Source: Promethearchaeota archaeon
GTDB lineage: Archaea; Asgardarchaeota; Lokiarchaeia; Sigyniarchaeales; SOKP01
Direction of reading: 5' to 3'
Assembly: GCA_016839555.1 (NCBI GenBank)
Contig: JAEOUA010000008.1
Location: 1 to 64,000, forward strand
DNA length: 64,000 nucleotides
How positions within the stretch are numbered: position 1 is the first letter of the stretch; every line of letters begins with the position of its first letter. Positions 1 to 10,128 of this stretch are shown piece by piece. The translations under genes were made by a program, and so were the position numbers. Below the pieces are notes generated by a model. The model had not been told where the DNA came from. It saw only the letters and a program-made list of their open reading frames with translations, and searched no databases.

Positions 1-2
1 CA

Positions 3-3000
3 TTCTCTTCGTCTTTTGGCTTGAGTTCGCAAGCCTCTCTTACTGATGCCGAAGCAAAGGATTATAAGGCGAAATTCTTGATTAATCCAAACGGTTTCAA
101 GTATCCAGTAGATCGTATTGTAATTAACGTGATCCAACATGATAAGAAAGGGTCCCTTTTTGGTGACACATCAACTATGGCGGATAATATCGTGGTAGAT
201 AGCGAGGACTATAAGGTTATGGGAGGCGCTCTTTACTTTATAAAAACGCTTGAAGAGATTGTGGCAGAGAAATATAGTGCTTTCGAGCAAGATCTTGACA
301 AATTAGACCCAAGCAGATATCTCGTGTATTACAGCATACAAGTAATATTTCCATTGGAAGTTCCCGATACTACTAATGAAACCCATCGCCTTGGACTTGC
401 TCAAGCCACGCAGTTTGCGGTAATTGATTATTTTAATCAATATGTGCAAGCGCAAACCATTGCTCAGATGAAGGCAGAGATTGCCTATACGGAGACTCTA
501 ACCTTCTGGTCAACAATTCTTACTACAGCACTGACCTACTTCGGTGGCTGGGGCGCATCTGGTTCTGGCGAATTTATTTCTGAAATAGGCGCAGCGGTTG
601 GCAAAGAGAGTACAAAGGTAATTGCCAAGATGATTATGGAAGAAGTGTTAAAAATAGCCGTCAAGACAGTAGCCTCAGCGATGTATGAAGTGCTTCAGGA
701 AGTTATAATCGATGCTTTCATAGAATCACTTGCGCAGGGCATTTTTGTGGAGATTTTGGGCATGAGCGAGGATGCGGGATTCTGGATCTCATCCCTTGCC
801 ACTTCCCTTCGAGAAAGTGTAGGTGGACCGTTTGCTTTAATGCGTAAGGGGATTACATATAGTTTATCCTTAGCTGCTGGAAAGTTGGGCATACATGTTA
901 CTTTATTTAAGAAAACGAAAGCACAGCTTAATGAATTAAATAGCAGACTTGAGGAAGCAAGACAAGCAGGAGATATAATGACAGAGTTGCAATTACAACA
1001 AGAAATTGCCGATACTGAAGCAAAGTTAGCCAAAAAGCAAAACACATTAAATCTCTTTAAGGGATTATTTAAAGGCATTGGTATGATTGCCGCTGGTTTC
1101 TTCACGGGCGGACTTGGTTTCTTGGGCTCCTTGGGATTACTTGAAACGACCATCAGTACCTCAGACTATGCAGATATCAAATCAAGAATTAATACCATGC
1201 ATCACATTCTCACCAGTCAAATTCAATTTGATATGATTATCTGCGGGAGTCCTTGTAAAAAAGGATCTGATAAAATTAAGGGTGATAATAAGCAAATTGA
1301 ACCTGAGACAGCCGTGCCACATGATTTAGAGGAAACGCATAATGAGGGAGATTTAAGAGATGCATTTGAAGATCAACAAGGTAAAATAGTAGATCCCCTT
1401 TCTCAACAATATGCAAATGATATAGATACTCCAAAGCTTCCCGACTTTTTAACCGATCCAACTGATTTGAGCCCCGAAGAAGAATTTTCTCAGAATTATC
1501 AATTAGATGCTATTCTCGAAAAATTCCCAAGTGTTTCGCAAGCCCGCATAGACACCCTACGACTTGTTCACCAGCTTGAAACTATCAGAGGTATGACAAG
1601 TTTAGATTTTGAATCATGGATTGAGGAACAAAGCATAAAAGAGGAAATTAGAAATAAAATAGAAACAGTTAAGAAATCAAATCAACGCCTAAGTCTCGAA
1701 GAGCTAAATGAAGCATTACATAATAAAGAACCTTTAACGCCAGAATTATTGTCATTATTTCAAGAAATATTCCCCAACGGATTTTTAGGAATTTCAGGAT
1801 ACGATCCTATTCTTGATTTAAAGGCATATGCTATGTTTATGGGGCTTCCATACGCTCATTTTGGGTTTTGGGGAGGTATGGGACCTAGTATTTCTCATGC
1901 TTCTGCTTATTATAAAGATGTTGCCAGATACTTTACTCAAGATTTGCGAACCTTAATTCTTTATAATGAATATGATATAGCAGAACATTTACATAATTTA
2001 TATATAAATAATAAACTTCAAAATTTTCCAAACCTTCAAGGTATTGCGACTGGGATAACTCAAGATGCTTCTGGAAGATATAAATTACCTAGAGGTAAAG
2101 ATGGGAGAGTTACTCATGAGACTATAGCGGCTATTATTGGTATCCATCAGGGTATCTTTAGTTATTGGCTTAATGGGGAACGAGCCATTACTTTATTGCA
2201 TAAGATTAATATGATTGAATTCATTAATTATTTTTATGCTGATACGGGGTTTGGTGAACAATTGTTATCATTTATTGATAATTATGGAGTATCATATCAA
2301 ATTAAGCCTGAAACTGAGGCTAGCATTTATAGTTTAAAAATAAAGCGACTATTTTTGAGATATGAAGATATTATTATAGATATTTTACAAAATAATCCCA
2401 ATAAACCTAATTATAGAAAAATTCTTACTACTCGAGATAGTAGTGGTAATTTAGTTTATTTAGAATTAGATCCATATACATCACAATTGAAATTTAGGCG
2501 ATATTCTGATGGATTGATTAGTGATTCTTTTCTAGCACTACTTATTGGAATATCTCATCAAACAATAAGTAGATGGAAAAATGAAATCAGTAAAATTAAA
2601 CCTAGTACTTATATAGAAGTAAATAATTATATTTTAAGTTTTTTTAGTGAGGATATACTCAAAACATCTTTATATAATTTTAAATTGGAGTTTGATCTCA
2701 TTAACAAGGATCCTAGTGTTTTAGCAACTTATACAGTTAAGAAACAATTAATTCATCAATTGCTCACGGGAGAGCGTTTCTATGAAAATATTCATGATAA
2801 TGCTAAAGAACTTTTTGGTTATGCTTCAACCAGGGATTATATTCCTTTAATCAAAAGTATTATTTTTGATTTACTGACTGATGAAAACTTTATGTACAGC
2901 GAGCTTTTGCCCGCAGCATTTCCAGAAGAATATTTAAGAGTTCAATCTAATTTACTTATTGGAATTTCAGCAGAAGGAGCTACTCAATTACAAAGTTTAA

Positions 3001-4076
3001 TAGATTTAGGAAAATTAATTTCAAATTATCTATATTTGAATAATCCTTTAGCGGAAGATCTTTTAGGTATAAATCTTGGTGAAAATCTGTTAGACACTAT
3101 TTATGAAATGTTGTTTGGTCGAATAACTACATCATGGCGAAAATTAGAAAATGCTGCAGAAGCTCAAAAATTAACTTTGAGATTGACTCCAGGACAATGG
3201 ATTTTAAGGGTAGCTGAAGGAAGAATGGAAAGTATACCTGCTTCATTTTTATATATACCTATAACTTGTGATATTTGTGGAAAGGATCATCATATTCAGG
3301 CACAAGAACTTTTAAGAGGTCAAGGTTGCCCAACATGTTCAAAAGGAAAGAATGAAAAAATAACTGGAGCTATGTTTGAAACTCTTCTACTTGAATTAAA
3401 AAAATATGGGGTTGTAATATTAAAAGCGGATGAACATACTCCAGTACTCGAAATATTTAAAAATGCTGAAAGCAAAATTCATTCTCTTCCAGATATGGCG
3501 TTTGATTACAATTTTATACTAACAATAACTGGCAAAGAAATAATATGGACTGTTGAATCTGATGGGAGGCAACATCGAGAAGATGGTATAGGATTTATGG
3601 CACAAATTGGAATTATTGCAAAAGAGGGAAAAATAACCCGATTGGAAATATCTGATGCTCTAACTTCCGCTGGGGTAAAAGAAATAGAGAAATTAAAAAG
3701 CTTAATAGAAATAAATAAATATTTAAACCATTTAGAGGATTTGGGTTATGATATTGAACTTTTAAGAGAATATTATAATGATTGGATAGATTATTTGGAT
3801 CGTAATAAATTAAAAGATGATCTATTTTCTAATCCTTATGAAACAAGAAGAGTCTATTTAACTCGAGTCCCTCATTGGATTACTTTTGATGAGAGGTGTG
3901 AACTTATTGTTAATGATTTTTTAAAAATTTTAGATAAGTTTGGAATTGATCCAAATGATATAACAACGGATTTAAAGAAAAAATTATTAGATGCCCTATT
4001 GAATTCTGATATTAAGTGGCAATTTAAAATATATGAAGAATCTTATTTTAAATTATGGGGTTCTCCTGAAACATAA
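3..4076 (+). CDS. C-terminal part of a very large protein, truncated at the window edge: hydrophobic/Gly-rich helical region, two XRE-like HTH motifs, Zn ribbon and a restriction-endonuclease-fold (DUF559/Vsr-like) nuclease
   Basis: Frame is open from base 3, so the TTG at 21 is probably not the start. Motifs: ETIAAIIGIHQGIFSYWLNG, SFLALLIGISHQTISRWKN, CDIC..CPTC, AFDYNF...VESDGRQH. Confidence 0.7.
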   Translation, partial: FSSSFGLSSQASLTDAEAKDYKAKFLINPNGFKYPVDRIVINVIQHDKKGSLFGDTSTMADNIVVDSEDYKVMGGALYFIKTLEEIVAEKYSAFEQDLDKLDPSRYLVYYSIQVIFPLEVPDTTNETHRLGLAQATQFAVIDYFNQYVQAQTIAQMKAEIAYTETLTFWSTILTTALTYFGGWGASGSGEFISEIGAAVGKESTKVIAKMIMEEVLKIAVKTVASAMYEVLQEVIIDAFIESLAQGIFVEILGMSEDAGFWISSLATSLRESVGGPFALMRKGITYSLSLAAGKLGIHVTLFKKTKAQLNELNSRLEEARQAGDIMTELQLQQEIADTEAKLAKKQNTLNLFKGLFKGIGMIAAGFFTGGLGFLGSLGLLETTISTSDYADIKSRINTMHHILTSQIQFDMIICGSPCKKGSDKIKGDNKQIEPETAVPHDLEETHNEGDLRDAFEDQQGKIVDPLSQQYANDIDTPKLPDFLTDPTDLSPEEEFSQNYQLDAILEKFPSVSQARIDTLRLVHQLETIRGMTSLDFESWIEEQSIKEEIRNKIETVKKSNQRLSLEELNEALHNKEPLTPELLSLFQEIFPNGFLGISGYDPILDLKAYAMFMGLPYAHFGFWGGMGPSISHASAYYKDVARYFTQDLRTLILYNEYDIAEHLHNLYINNKLQNFPNLQGIATGITQDASGRYKLPRGKDGRVTHETIAAIIGIHQGIFSYWLNGERAITLLHKINMIEFINYFYADTGFGEQLLSFIDNYGVSYQIKPETEASIYSLKIKRLFLRYEDIIIDILQNNPNKPNYRKILTTRDSSGNLVYLELDPYTSQLKFRRYSDGLISDSFLALLIGISHQTISRWKNEISKIKPSTYIEVNNYILSFFSEDILKTSLYNFKLEFDLINKDPSVLATYTVKKQLIHQLLTGERFYENIHDNAKELFGYASTRDYIPLIKSIIFDLLTDENFMYSELLPAAFPEEYLRVQSNLLIGISAEGATQLQSLIDLGKLISNYLYLNNPLAEDLLGINLGENLLDTIYEMLFGRITTSWRKLENAAEAQKLTLRLTPGQWILRVAEGRMESIPASFLYIPITCDICGKDHHIQAQELLRGQGCPTCSKGKNEKITGAMFETLLLELKKYGVVILKADEHTPVLEIFKNAESKIHSLPDMAFDYNFILTITGKEIIWTVESDGRQHREDGIGFMAQIGIIAKEGKITRLEISDALTSAGVKEIEKLKSLIEINKYLNHLEDLGYDIELLREYYNDWIDYLDRNKLKDDLFSNPYETRRVYLTRVPHWITFDERCELIVNDFLKILDKFGIDPNDITTDLKKKLLDALLNSDIKWQFKIYEESYFKLWGSPET

Positions 4077-4216
4077 ATTTCTGAAGACTAATTTAATATA
4101 TTATTTTTTTAATTATTAGTTTTTTGTATATTAATGATTTTAAATAATTTTATATATTTAAAAATTTATAATAACATTGTAGAATAATAAAATAGCACAC
4201 AATTTGGAGATGATTT

Positions 4217-4711
4217 ATTATCGAGCACGTCTATTATTGTTTTTGTAGTAGAGTTTCTGATTTTTTAAAATTTTATAATTATATGCAATCCTACGGTTTG
4301 AAGGCTTTTATTCATAGAAATTTTATCTTACTACGGAGGATTAAATGTGGGCAAACACCTATTCAACTCTCTGGGGGAAAAGGACTGTATGGAATGATTA
4401 TCAAAGTTGATGAGGAATATAGTGAGTTCTTTAGTGAAATTCAAAGGCAAAAATTCTTTAAAAATATTATTTTGTGTCCATATGATGAATTAAAAGTTAA
4501 GCGAGATGAACATAGACGATTTCCGCAAGCTAAATTTTTTGATCATACAGGTCATATTGGCATTATACAATATGCTTATAAGCACAATTATTTTACATTA
4601 GAGGAATTATCGCTAAAAATTCGAAAAAGAGTTGAAAATATTTTGAAACAAGATCTTTCTAAATTACGTGAGATTTCAATAAAAATGAAAACCAGTTATA
4701 TAGATGATTAA
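4217..4711 (+). CDS. Hypothetical protein, possible partner/immunity gene of the upstream nuclease-tipped protein; start probably upstream of the ATG at 4283
   Basis: Frame open from 4214; SD-like GGAGATGAT at 4206-4214 precedes ATT 4217/ATC 4220; no recognisable motif. Confidence 0.5.
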   Translation: MIEHVYYCFCSRVSDFLKFYNYMQSYGLKAFIHRNFILLRRIKCGQTPIQLSGGKGLYGMIIKVDEEYSEFFSEIQRQKFFKNIILCPYDELKVKRDEHRRFPQAKFFDHTGHIGIIQYAYKHNYFTLEELSLKIRKRVENILKQDLSKLREISIKMKTSYIDD

Positions 4712-4862
4712 TTATTAAACTATACGAAATTTACAAATAAATATTTATATATAAATATTCTTTCATTTTTCACATAAAAAATAATAATAATTAGATTTTT
4801 TAATTATTAAATTATAAATTATATGAAATATATTATTTAAAAACAAATTTAGGCAAGATTAA

Positions 4863-5408
4863 ATGTCTACAACTAAAAGAAAAAGTAGACTTCATAAGTG
4901 TTTAATTTGTGATTATGATTTATGCACTGGTTGTGAAATCTGCGAAAGTGTATGCTCTTTTGTTCACGATGCTGAATTCAATCCAATTAACACAAGAATT
5001 CATAGAGTGCGAATTGAACCCGTTTTTAACATTGCTTTAGCGTGCCAGAAATGCGAAGATGCACCATGTATACGAGCTTGCCCAGAAAAAGCCTTAGATA
5101 AAGATGAAGAGGGTTCTGTTTTAGTTGATGAGGATAAATGCAATGGCTGCGGATTTTGCATCCGTGCATGCGATTTTGGTGTAATCTCACTCCATTTAGA
5201 TACCCAAAAGGCGCTCGTCTGTGATCTATGTGAAAATATGAGAGAAGAGTTTATTGATCCTGAAGTTGGGAAACCTGAACCTCAGTGCATAGAATTGTGC
5301 CCACGAGAAGCTATATCATTGAAAACTGTTGAGCAAATAGGTGAAGAGACCAGAATTGATGCCGTTAAACGATTATTTGGGGAAATGTTAAAAGAATATG
5401 AAAGTTAA
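4863..5408 (+). CDS. 4Fe-4S dicluster electron-transfer protein (DmsB/NrfC-like)
   Basis: CTGCEICESVC, CQKCEDAPCIRAC, CNGCGFCIRAC, CDLC...CIELCP motifs. Confidence 0.9.
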   Translation: MSTTKRKSRLHKCLICDYDLCTGCEICESVCSFVHDAEFNPINTRIHRVRIEPVFNIALACQKCEDAPCIRACPEKALDKDEEGSVLVDEDKCNGCGFCIRACDFGVISLHLDTQKALVCDLCENMREEFIDPEVGKPEPQCIELCPREAISLKTVEQIGEETRIDAVKRLFGEMLKEYES

Positions 5409-5685
5409 TCCCTAAAATTGCTTTTTTTTCTTTTTTATTTTATATCTTTATTATCTTTTATTTTCAATTCATTTATTTTTGAGTTAATTACTAAAAAAAA
5501 ATCAAATAATTAGAAAATAAATCATAAGCCATTTTAAAAATTTAAGTTGACCTTTAAGTTTTTTAATTAAGCATAATCCTTTAAAAAATAAATTATTCTT
5601 AATGAATAATTATTAAGAATTAAGGACAATTTTTTTTTCTAATAATTCATTAATCTAATTAAGAATTTTTTAAAATTAAAAATAT

Positions 5686-5997
5686 TTGGAGGTTTTAACA
5701 ATTTCAATCACACTTAATGTTAATTATGGTCCTCCATTCGATCGATATACAAAAAAAACCAAAGAAATTTTAAAAGTACAACAAGAAATCCAAATCGAAG
5801 AACTAATTTCTCTCCTACAGCAAAAATATGGAGAAGAATTTAAAGAGAATATTTGGAACCAAAAAAATCCCTCAGATTTTCATGGACGTCTCTCCATTGT
5901 GATTAATGGAAGAGCTTTTCGAGATGAAAACTTTTTAAAAAAAGAATTAAAGGATGGAGATAAAGTGTGGCTTATCCATTATTTTTATGGAGGGTAA
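5686..5997 (+). CDS. MoaD/ThiS/SAMP-family ubiquitin-like protein; likely true start ATT 5701
   Basis: IVING...LKDGDKV..YFYGG with C-terminal di-glycine; SD GGAGGT at 5688-5693. Confidence 0.85.
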   Translation: MEVLTISITLNVNYGPPFDRYTKKTKEILKVQQEIQIEELISLLQQKYGEEFKENIWNQKNPSDFHGRLSIVINGRAFRDENFLKKELKDGDKVWLIHYFYGG

Positions 5998-6069
5998 AAT
6001 CTCTCAAACTTCCTTTTTATTTAAACCAAATTATTAAAACTACTAATTATCAATAAGGAGTGATAGAAT

Positions 6070-6426
6070 ATCAAAAAACTTAAATTTAAAATAAGTATAC
6101 CTCTCTCAGGATTAGAAAAAAGTAAAGAATTCACTATAAAAGTCAAAGATGATGCCACATTTATAGAAAGCTTAGCAATGGTAGATAAATATATTAATAA
6201 TCATTCTAAAGAATCAATCTTTCCAATATATGACCAATATATTCACAATTATTTACAATTATTTATTGATTTTACACATGAAAAGATTTATGAGGATGTT
6301 GCTGTAACTGCGTATGCACCGAATGAAAAAGGGCAGTTCATGAAATTCAATCCAGTGGGAGATAATATCGAATTTAATTTATTCCCTAACTCTGAAATAT
6401 ATCTCCAGCCTGATGCGGGTTGTTGA
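6070..6426 (+). CDS. Putative beta-grasp/ubiquitin-like protein ending in PDAGC
   Basis: Frame open from 6067 (IKKLKFKISIPLSGLEKSKEFTIKVKDDATFIESLAM...); SD AAGGAGTGAT just before ATC 6070; follows the MoaD-like gene. Confidence 0.55.
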   Translation: MKKLKFKISIPLSGLEKSKEFTIKVKDDATFIESLAMVDKYINNHSKESIFPIYDQYIHNYLQLFIDFTHEKIYEDVAVTAYAPNEKGQFMKFNPVGDNIEFNLFPNSEIYLQPDAGC

Positions 6427-6687
6427 TGAGACAAGTTTAAACCACGATTAGACATTAAAGAATTTAAAAAAATTATTGCCAAAAAATATGGAAAAGAAAA
6501 TAAATATTTCGCCCATTATTTTAAAAAAACAAAAAAATAGAATGAAATCTTTCAGAAAATATTAGTGAAAGATTGACTGAAGGTATGTGACCTTTATGTT
6601 TGTCAAAAATTAGTTATACTTATTATTTTTACAAAAAAGATAATTCAATCATAAGCTTGAATAAAAAGAATAAAAAAATAGACAAGT

Positions 6688-7187
6688 TTATGTTTTTCTG
6701 GCAAGTTCTATAAGCTCGTTTAAATGTATCACATAGTGAGGAATAGCATATATGAGGATTGAAATTATTCCTCCGATAATACTAAATATAATACTTGCAA
6801 TATAGAGTGTATTACAATACCCCACAAGCTTATTTAATGGTTCCGTAAATTCAGCATTATTCATTAATTTTCGCGCTACAAGAGCCAAGATAAATTTTAT
6901 GTTAAAAGAAAAGAAATAAATGAGAGAAGAAAGCAATGCTTCGAATTAATACCTGGAAAGCCCTCATGAATATGTGCGATCTGTTGAGACTACGTGATGG
7001 GTTCACCAGTGTAGACAGAACGTGGTTGATATTCTCTGTTTGATGATTGCACTATAGGTATTTCTAAAGGATAATTTAATTTAGAAGAAAAGCCTTGTGG
7101 AGTGCGAAAGGGTAGTTTTATTCCACAACAATTATAATATCTTTGATCTGGATTCTGTATTTGCTTATCACAATTCGAACAATGCAC
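6688..7187 (-). pseudogene. Degraded zinc-ribbon + membrane protein gene
   Basis: MHCSNC Zn-ribbon ORF stops at TAG (6990-6992); the frame continues ...FPGINSKHCFLLSFISFLLT*, and the hydrophobic C-terminal part (6688-6936) lies behind further disruptions. Confidence 0.55.
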
Positions 7188-7190
7188 TGT

Positions 7191-7682
7191 TTATGCTATC
7201 CTCGAATCACTTGTAATAGGGATCTTATCGGTCTTATTTTTTTCGAAAATTTCCTGTATAATTCTATAGAAATCTTTTCTTCTATTAACAAAATGAGAAT
7301 ATAGTTCCCCTCTATTTTGTGACGCAGTGAGTCGCCATCGAGTTATTTTCGGATTTCCCCTCCCATCTTTGATAAGTTTCCCCTTTTTGCGTTTCACTAT
7401 TTCTATTTTTATCCGTCCTTTTTTAGGTTTATCGGGAATAATTCTTTCAACATCATACCAACGCACCCATTTACTCTTTCCAATATCTTTTAGTCCATCT
7501 CTCATAAAGCTATACTGTATTCTCCATGCAAATCCATTATCACTAACCACCAATAATCCATAACTTTTTCCGATTTTACATTTTGATATGATAATAGGCT
7601 CTCCTACTGCGTCTGTCGACATCATTTTCTCAAATTTTTTTTGCCTATCAGGAGATAATTCCCATCCTTCAATTACAGGAAT
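7191..7682 (-). CDS. Conserved hypothetical protein, possibly PH-like beta fold; start extended to ATT
   Basis: SD AAGGTGAT precedes ATT at 7682, giving (M)PVIEGWELSPDRQKKFEKMMST... in frame with the 144-aa ORF. Confidence 0.65.
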   Translation of the reverse strand: MPVIEGWELSPDRQKKFEKMMSTDAVGEPIIISKCKIGKSYGLLVVSDNGFAWRIQYSFMRDGLKDIGKSKWVRWYDVERIIPDKPKKGRIKIEIVKRKKGKLIKDGRGNPKITRWRLTASQNRGELYSHFVNRRKDFYRIIQEIFEKNKTDKIPITSDSRIA

Positions 7683-8017
7683 ATATGATCACCTTATTTT
7701 TATTTTTTTTATATTTGTATTTTGATAGTTTCCTCTAAGAACTAATTTTATTTAAAACTTATGTGGGGTGGAAATTAATATTTTTTCTTGATATACTCTC
7801 AGATCATACTATTAGCAATTATCAATAAAAAATAAAATGCAAAAAAGAAGTATAATTGTAATAATAAAAAAGAGATAAAAAGGAGAGAAAAAAAAAGACA
7901 AATAAAGAATCAAAATGCCTAAAATTTGTGAAATTTTAAACTAATCTAAATCTTTATTTTAATGTTAAACTTTTATGCTTGTCTTACATAGAACCTTACT
8001 TGACTTACTTTTATTTA

Positions 8018-8281
8018 CTAATAGTACGACCCTTTTTTATTGAATTTTTTACGTGGTCCTTTCTCAACTATGATGACATTACTAGCTTGGGGGCCTTTCT
8101 TTCCTTCCACTACCTCATATTCTACGATATCTCCTTCATAGATCACTCTGTATTCATCCTCGCCCCCTTTAATGCCACTATAATGTACAAACACATCGTT
8201 GGAACCATCTTCAGGTTGGATAAAACCATAACCCTTCTTTGTGTTGAACCATTTAACGGACCCTTTATGTCTGTCTGCCAT
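8018..8281 (-). CDS. cspA: Cold-shock domain protein
   Basis: [15 protein letters not shown] (RNP1), DVFVHYS (RNP2), KGPQASNV. Confidence 0.95.
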   Translation of the reverse strand: MADRHKGSVKWFNTKKGYGFIQPEDGSNDVFVHYSGIKGGEDEYRVIYEGDIVEYEVVEGKKGPQASNVIIVEKGPRKKFNKKGSYY

Positions 8282-8472
8282 TTATTATTACCAAATCTTT
8301 CTTTTAAAAATTATTAAATATATATAACTGTTGAAGACTTTTAAGATAATTAACAAAATAAAGTTTATGATTTTATATAATAAAAATGAAAGGATTCATT
8401 ATATTTTCTTATCTTTACACGACTTCTGTGGATAAAAATTAAACCTGTTGCGTAAATGTGTCTAAAAATTAG

Positions 8473-9387
8473 TTAAAAAAATGTTTTTAGATCTTTTAGC
8501 CTATTTCTTAGGGTCACTTCCGTGATACCCGCTTGCGCAGCAACATCTGTTTGAGTTTTTTGATCAGGACTATGAGCCATTGCCAGATAAAGAGCGGCGG
8601 CAGCAAACCCTCGAGGGTCTTTTCCAGTGGATGTAATTCCTTTTTTAAAGCTTTCACGCAAAATTTTATTGGCTTTTTTTTGCGTTGATAGTTGAAGACC
8701 CAAAATATTTCCAAATTTATAGACAAGTTGTTCAGCAGTGATAGGATGATATTTTAATCCTAATTCGGGTAAGATTTCATTAAGAAGCAATCCCAAAGAT
8801 CTGATCACTTTATGTTTTGAAACTACTAAAGTTTCGCAAATTTCATCAAATGTGAGAGGATATTCATGAATTCTAATTGCGGCATATAATGCAGCTGCGA
8901 TAAAGCCTTTTATTGTTCTCCCTAATGTCATTTGTTTTTTTACAACTTCCACATAAATTTTCCAAGCGGTTTCCTCAATATAAGAAGGTATATTAAGTGC
9001 AGAGGTAAGCATTTTTAATTTAGGTCGTGCTTCCCAGAAATTTCTCTCTATACTCGACACAAGAGATTTTTGTATTTTTGATAATCGAGAAAACAGCGTT
9101 TTTTGCTGGGGACTCATTTTATCTTCTTTTGTAACTTTTGGAATAGTCGTTCGAGGCCCAAATCGTCTCCATCGAGGTTCAGTTCTGCTTCGTTCTCTGA
9201 TTTCCTCCGGGGAAAAGGCTCTTCTCTTGAATGAGACAATATTCCTCATATGAACTGTTCCACAGTTAACACAGACAATCTCTCCATTGATTTGCCTAAT
9301 TTTTGGATTCTCACAACATTTTTCTTCTATTAAATCATTCTCATATTCTTCAAATTCTTGTGAGTTTTCCGTATTGGATTCATTCAT
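8473..9387 (-). CDS. tfb: Transcription initiation factor IIB (TFB) paralogue
   Basis: N-terminal Zn ribbon (CC..CVNCG), two cyclin folds, GKDPRGFAAAALY, TQTDVAAQAGITEVTLRNR. Confidence 0.92.
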   Translation of the reverse strand: MNESNTENSQEFEEYENDLIEEKCCENPKIRQINGEIVCVNCGTVHMRNIVSFKRRAFSPEEIRERSRTEPRWRRFGPRTTIPKVTKEDKMSPQQKTLFSRLSKIQKSLVSSIERNFWEARPKLKMLTSALNIPSYIEETAWKIYVEVVKKQMTLGRTIKGFIAAALYAAIRIHEYPLTFDEICETLVVSKHKVIRSLGLLLNEILPELGLKYHPITAEQLVYKFGNILGLQLSTQKKANKILRESFKKGITSTGKDPRGFAAAALYLAMAHSPDQKTQTDVAAQAGITEVTLRNRLKDLKTFF

Positions 9388-9562
9388 GTTTGAGGATTTG
9401 AAATGACTTTAAGTTTTTAAAAAAAAGATTGACCTAAATTGTGCATTAAAAATTAAAGATAATATGTTATTTAAATCTGTGCTTATTAATTTATAAGAAT
9501 CAGATATGATTATAAATTCTAAAAAAATTATTCTAAAAATTTATTTACATCATTAAATTACT

Positions 9563-9982
9563 ATGTCTATGTATAAAGAAGATTGTTTATTTTGTAAAAT
9601 CGCTAGAGAGGAAATTCCCTCAAGGAAAGTGTTTGAAAATGATTCTACTCTTGCTTTTTTAGACATACGCCCTATGACAAAAGGGCATACAATCGTGATT
9701 CTGAAAAATCATTATGAAACTTTAGCAGATATTAGCAATGAGGATATCACTAATTTATTTCAATCAGTTAAAAAAGTAGCGCAATTACTGTATAATAACT
9801 TAAATATTGAGGGATATAATATTGTAATGAATAATTATGAAGCTGCGGGTCAAGTTATTAAGCATTCTCATGTCCATATCATTCCCAGAAATAAAAGAGA
9901 TGGATTAATAAAATTAGAGATACCAAAGAAAGAAGCTTCAGAAGAACAATTAAATAATGTTATAAAGCAGTTGAAAGACTGA
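9563..9982 (+). CDS. HIT family nucleotide hydrolase
   Basis: DCLFCKI, GHTIVI, AGQVIKHSHVHIIPR histidine triad. Confidence 0.95.
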   Translation: MSMYKEDCLFCKIAREEIPSRKVFENDSTLAFLDIRPMTKGHTIVILKNHYETLADISNEDITNLFQSVKKVAQLLYNNLNIEGYNIVMNNYEAAGQVIKHSHVHIIPRNKRDGLIKLEIPKKEASEEQLNNVIKQLKD

Positions 9983-10128
9983 AATATATCATTATTGTTT
10001 ACAATTTATTTTTCCCTTTTATTAAATTATTCTTTTTTCGACTTTCATATAATAAATATTATTTATTTATAGCACGATAGAACCATTTTTAATCAGGTTT
10101 AAATTTACTTCTCTATTAAGATAAGATA

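Noticed and set aside
6418-6470. C-terminal Gly-Cys-Sec readthrough in the PDAGC protein (TGT TGA TGA)
   Set aside because: No AUGA/GA SECIS-like hairpin found downstream, only a short GTTTAA/TTAGAC stem; the tandem TGA is more simply a double stop
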